Source of the DNA: Candidatus Hydrogenedentota bacterium
Lineage (GTDB): Bacteria > Hydrogenedentota > Hydrogenedentia > Hydrogenedentales > JAEUWI01
DNA length: 64,000 bases
NCBI GenBank assembly: GCA_034669905.1
Contig: JAXMOL010000024.1
Coordinates: 32,001 to 96,000, forward strand
Direction of reading: 5' to 3'
Below, piece by piece: positions 62,462 through 64,000 of this stretch; positions within the stretch are counted from its first letter, which is position 1; each line of letters starts with the position of its first letter. The position numbers and the translations under genes were made by a program. Below the pieces are notes generated by a model. It saw only the letters and a list, made by a program, of their open reading frames with translations. It did not search any database and was not told where the DNA came from.

Positions 62462-64000
62462 TTACTCCACGATAAACCCGTGGGCCAGTCCCATGTAATA
62501 GGCAATCAGATAGGGCACGGGGTCGCGCAGGCGTAATTCGTTGCCCTTGTGATCGAGGTGCCAGGGATCTTCGCCCCAGATTAGTGCGTGTTGCTCATCA
62601 ATCGGAAAGACCAGTCCGTCGTGGCCGTGACCTTCGCCTTCGTGCTGCCCCGAGAAAGCCCCCTGGGTGTGGTCGCCGAGGGGAATCACGTCGATGCGGT
62701 GGGCGTTGGACAGGCCATAGTCCACCAGGTCCAACGGAAATCGCTTGAGGGTGTCCACGCCGTAGGCCATGTATTCCCTGGGCGGCGAAAGGTCGATGGT
62801 CCGCCACTGATCCGTCCGGCTCTTTCCGTCGACGCAGGCCGCATAGATAAAATTGAAGTAGGGATTCCGCTCGTATTTTTCGATGTGCCAATACCAGTAG
62901 ATGGAGTTGTAATACATACTGAGTAACTTGGGGTCGGTCTCATAGCGGATGAGGTGGTAGTAATTCATGTAGGCCATGTTGTCGTCGCCCTGGCCGAGGG
63001 ACCCCGGTCCAAATTGAATCTTGGGCGTGGTCACGGTCTTCATGGCATAGCCCTCATCCCACGCCAGCTTAAGATAGTGCTGCCGATACTTCGCGTCACC
63101 CGTCACGTGATGGGCCACCTGAAGATAGGTCAAAATACTCTGGGCATTCAGGCCGCTCTCAAACCACCACTGCCCATCACGGTTCAGCGAATCGGGCGCA
63201 AAGTGGCCCCACCGCGTGGGCTGGCCATCGTAGTCCACCATATAATAGCCGTTGTCGATGAGATGGTCGGTCACCCGGCGCACCACCGCCCGCACCCGGT
63301 CCCGCTCCGCCTCCGTCTCACAGACCCGGTCGAAATAGGTGCCATAGCCAAAGTAGTGACCATCCAATTCGTCAGAGCTGGAATCACAGAGCCAATACCA
63401 TTCACCCGTGGCGTCGGTGGGCCAACGTCGGTCCATCTGTTTCCACCGGGCATCCCGCTCACGACGCTTTCGGTCGTACGCATGGCTATACTGCTCGTTG
63501 GGGTTGGGCCCATCCGTGGGGCGCACGCATCGGGCAATGAATCCCTTGGGTGCCGGGTGGCTCCCCCCCTGCGTCACCTCGCTCAGGAAGGCCAGCGCAT
63601 CGAAGGCCCGGTGCGCTTTTTCTTTGAGCGCGGGATTGCCCGTGGCGGCGTAGCCCAGGCTGGCCGAGGCCAGGTAGATCCCGGTGTAGTGCCCGTCATT
63701 GTCCGAAGGAGAAGCCGTCGCACTTTCCAGGGCATCCGGACTCGTCATCCGCGCGTTGGTCACGTAGCCGAACTTCGTGCGCCGGTGGTACTGGTCAATC
63801 TGGGCCTCATAGCGGGCCGCCTTCTTCGCCAGGGTCATGGGCTCCCGCGCGATACAGGAAACGCCCTGCTCCGTGGCAAACCAGGCATGGCCGTCGGACG
63901 TGACCGTCACATCCTTCACGTGGTTGTCGAGCAACCAGCGACGCCCCTGACGGAACTCCCAGTTCCCCTCGGTGAAGTGAATCGCCCCGTTCGTCGTGCC
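62462..64000 (-). CDS. Hypothetical protein, probable alpha/alpha-barrel carbohydrate-active type (5' end off window)
   Basis: Open frame continues to the window edge; SDNDGHYT, SSDELDGH, PTRWG; propeller-like WFATEQGVS upstream. Confidence 0.65.
   Translation of the reverse strand, partial: GTTNGAIHFTEGNWEFRQGRRWLLDNHVKDVTVTSDGHAWFATEQGVSCIAREPMTLAKKAARYEAQIDQYHRRTKFGYVTNARMTSPDALESATASPSDNDGHYTGIYLASASLGYAATGNPALKEKAHRAFDALAFLSEVTQGGSHPAPKGFIARCVRPTDGPNPNEQYSHAYDRKRRERDARWKQMDRRWPTDATGEWYWLCDSSSDELDGHYFGYGTYFDRVCETEAERDRVRAVVRRVTDHLIDNGYYMVDYDGQPTRWGHFAPDSLNRDGQWWFESGLNAQSILTYLQVAHHVTGDAKYRQHYLKLAWDEGYAMKTVTTPKIQFGPGSLGQGDDNMAYMNYYHLIRYETDPKLLSMYYNSIYWYWHIEKYERNPYFNFIYAACVDGKSRTDQWRTIDLSPPREYMAYGVDTLKRFPLDLVDYGLSNAHRIDVIPLGDHTQGAFSGQHEGEGHGHDGLVFPIDEQHALIWGEDPWHLDHKGNELRLRDPVPYLIAYYMGLAHGFIVE

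Overview
GC-rich bacterial chromosomal window, probably Candidatus Hydrogenedentota or a PVC-adjacent lineage. This is an inference from the (Gly-Glu)n-tract surface protein, the H-X9-DG/DUF1559-type domains and the PSCyt/DUF1501 pair. It holds about 38 protein genes. These include an OprO/P porin, a tandem pair of uncharacterised secreted paralogues, and a 2,205-aa LRR/Ig/GE-repeat surface protein divergent from a four-domain H-X9-DG protein. Also present are serB, typA, an L,D-transpeptidase broken by an in-frame TAG, two paralogous vapBC modules with a shared operator, and a sigma-54 metal-response-like locus (3xYHS protein, His-rich kinase, NtrC regulator, TolC). A DeoR-centred cluster couples sorbose/sorbitol-type oxidoreductases with a fused 2-oxoacid dehydrogenase E1 and an E2; a GH78 rhamnosidase lies near the end. 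Two AT-rich islets of orphan, possibly defence-type genes are each bounded by duplicated copies of a hairpin, and many intergenic gaps hold REP/MITE-like palindromes. No rRNA, tRNA, CRISPR array, integrase or transposase was recognised. All calls come from reading the sequence by eye; no searches were run.
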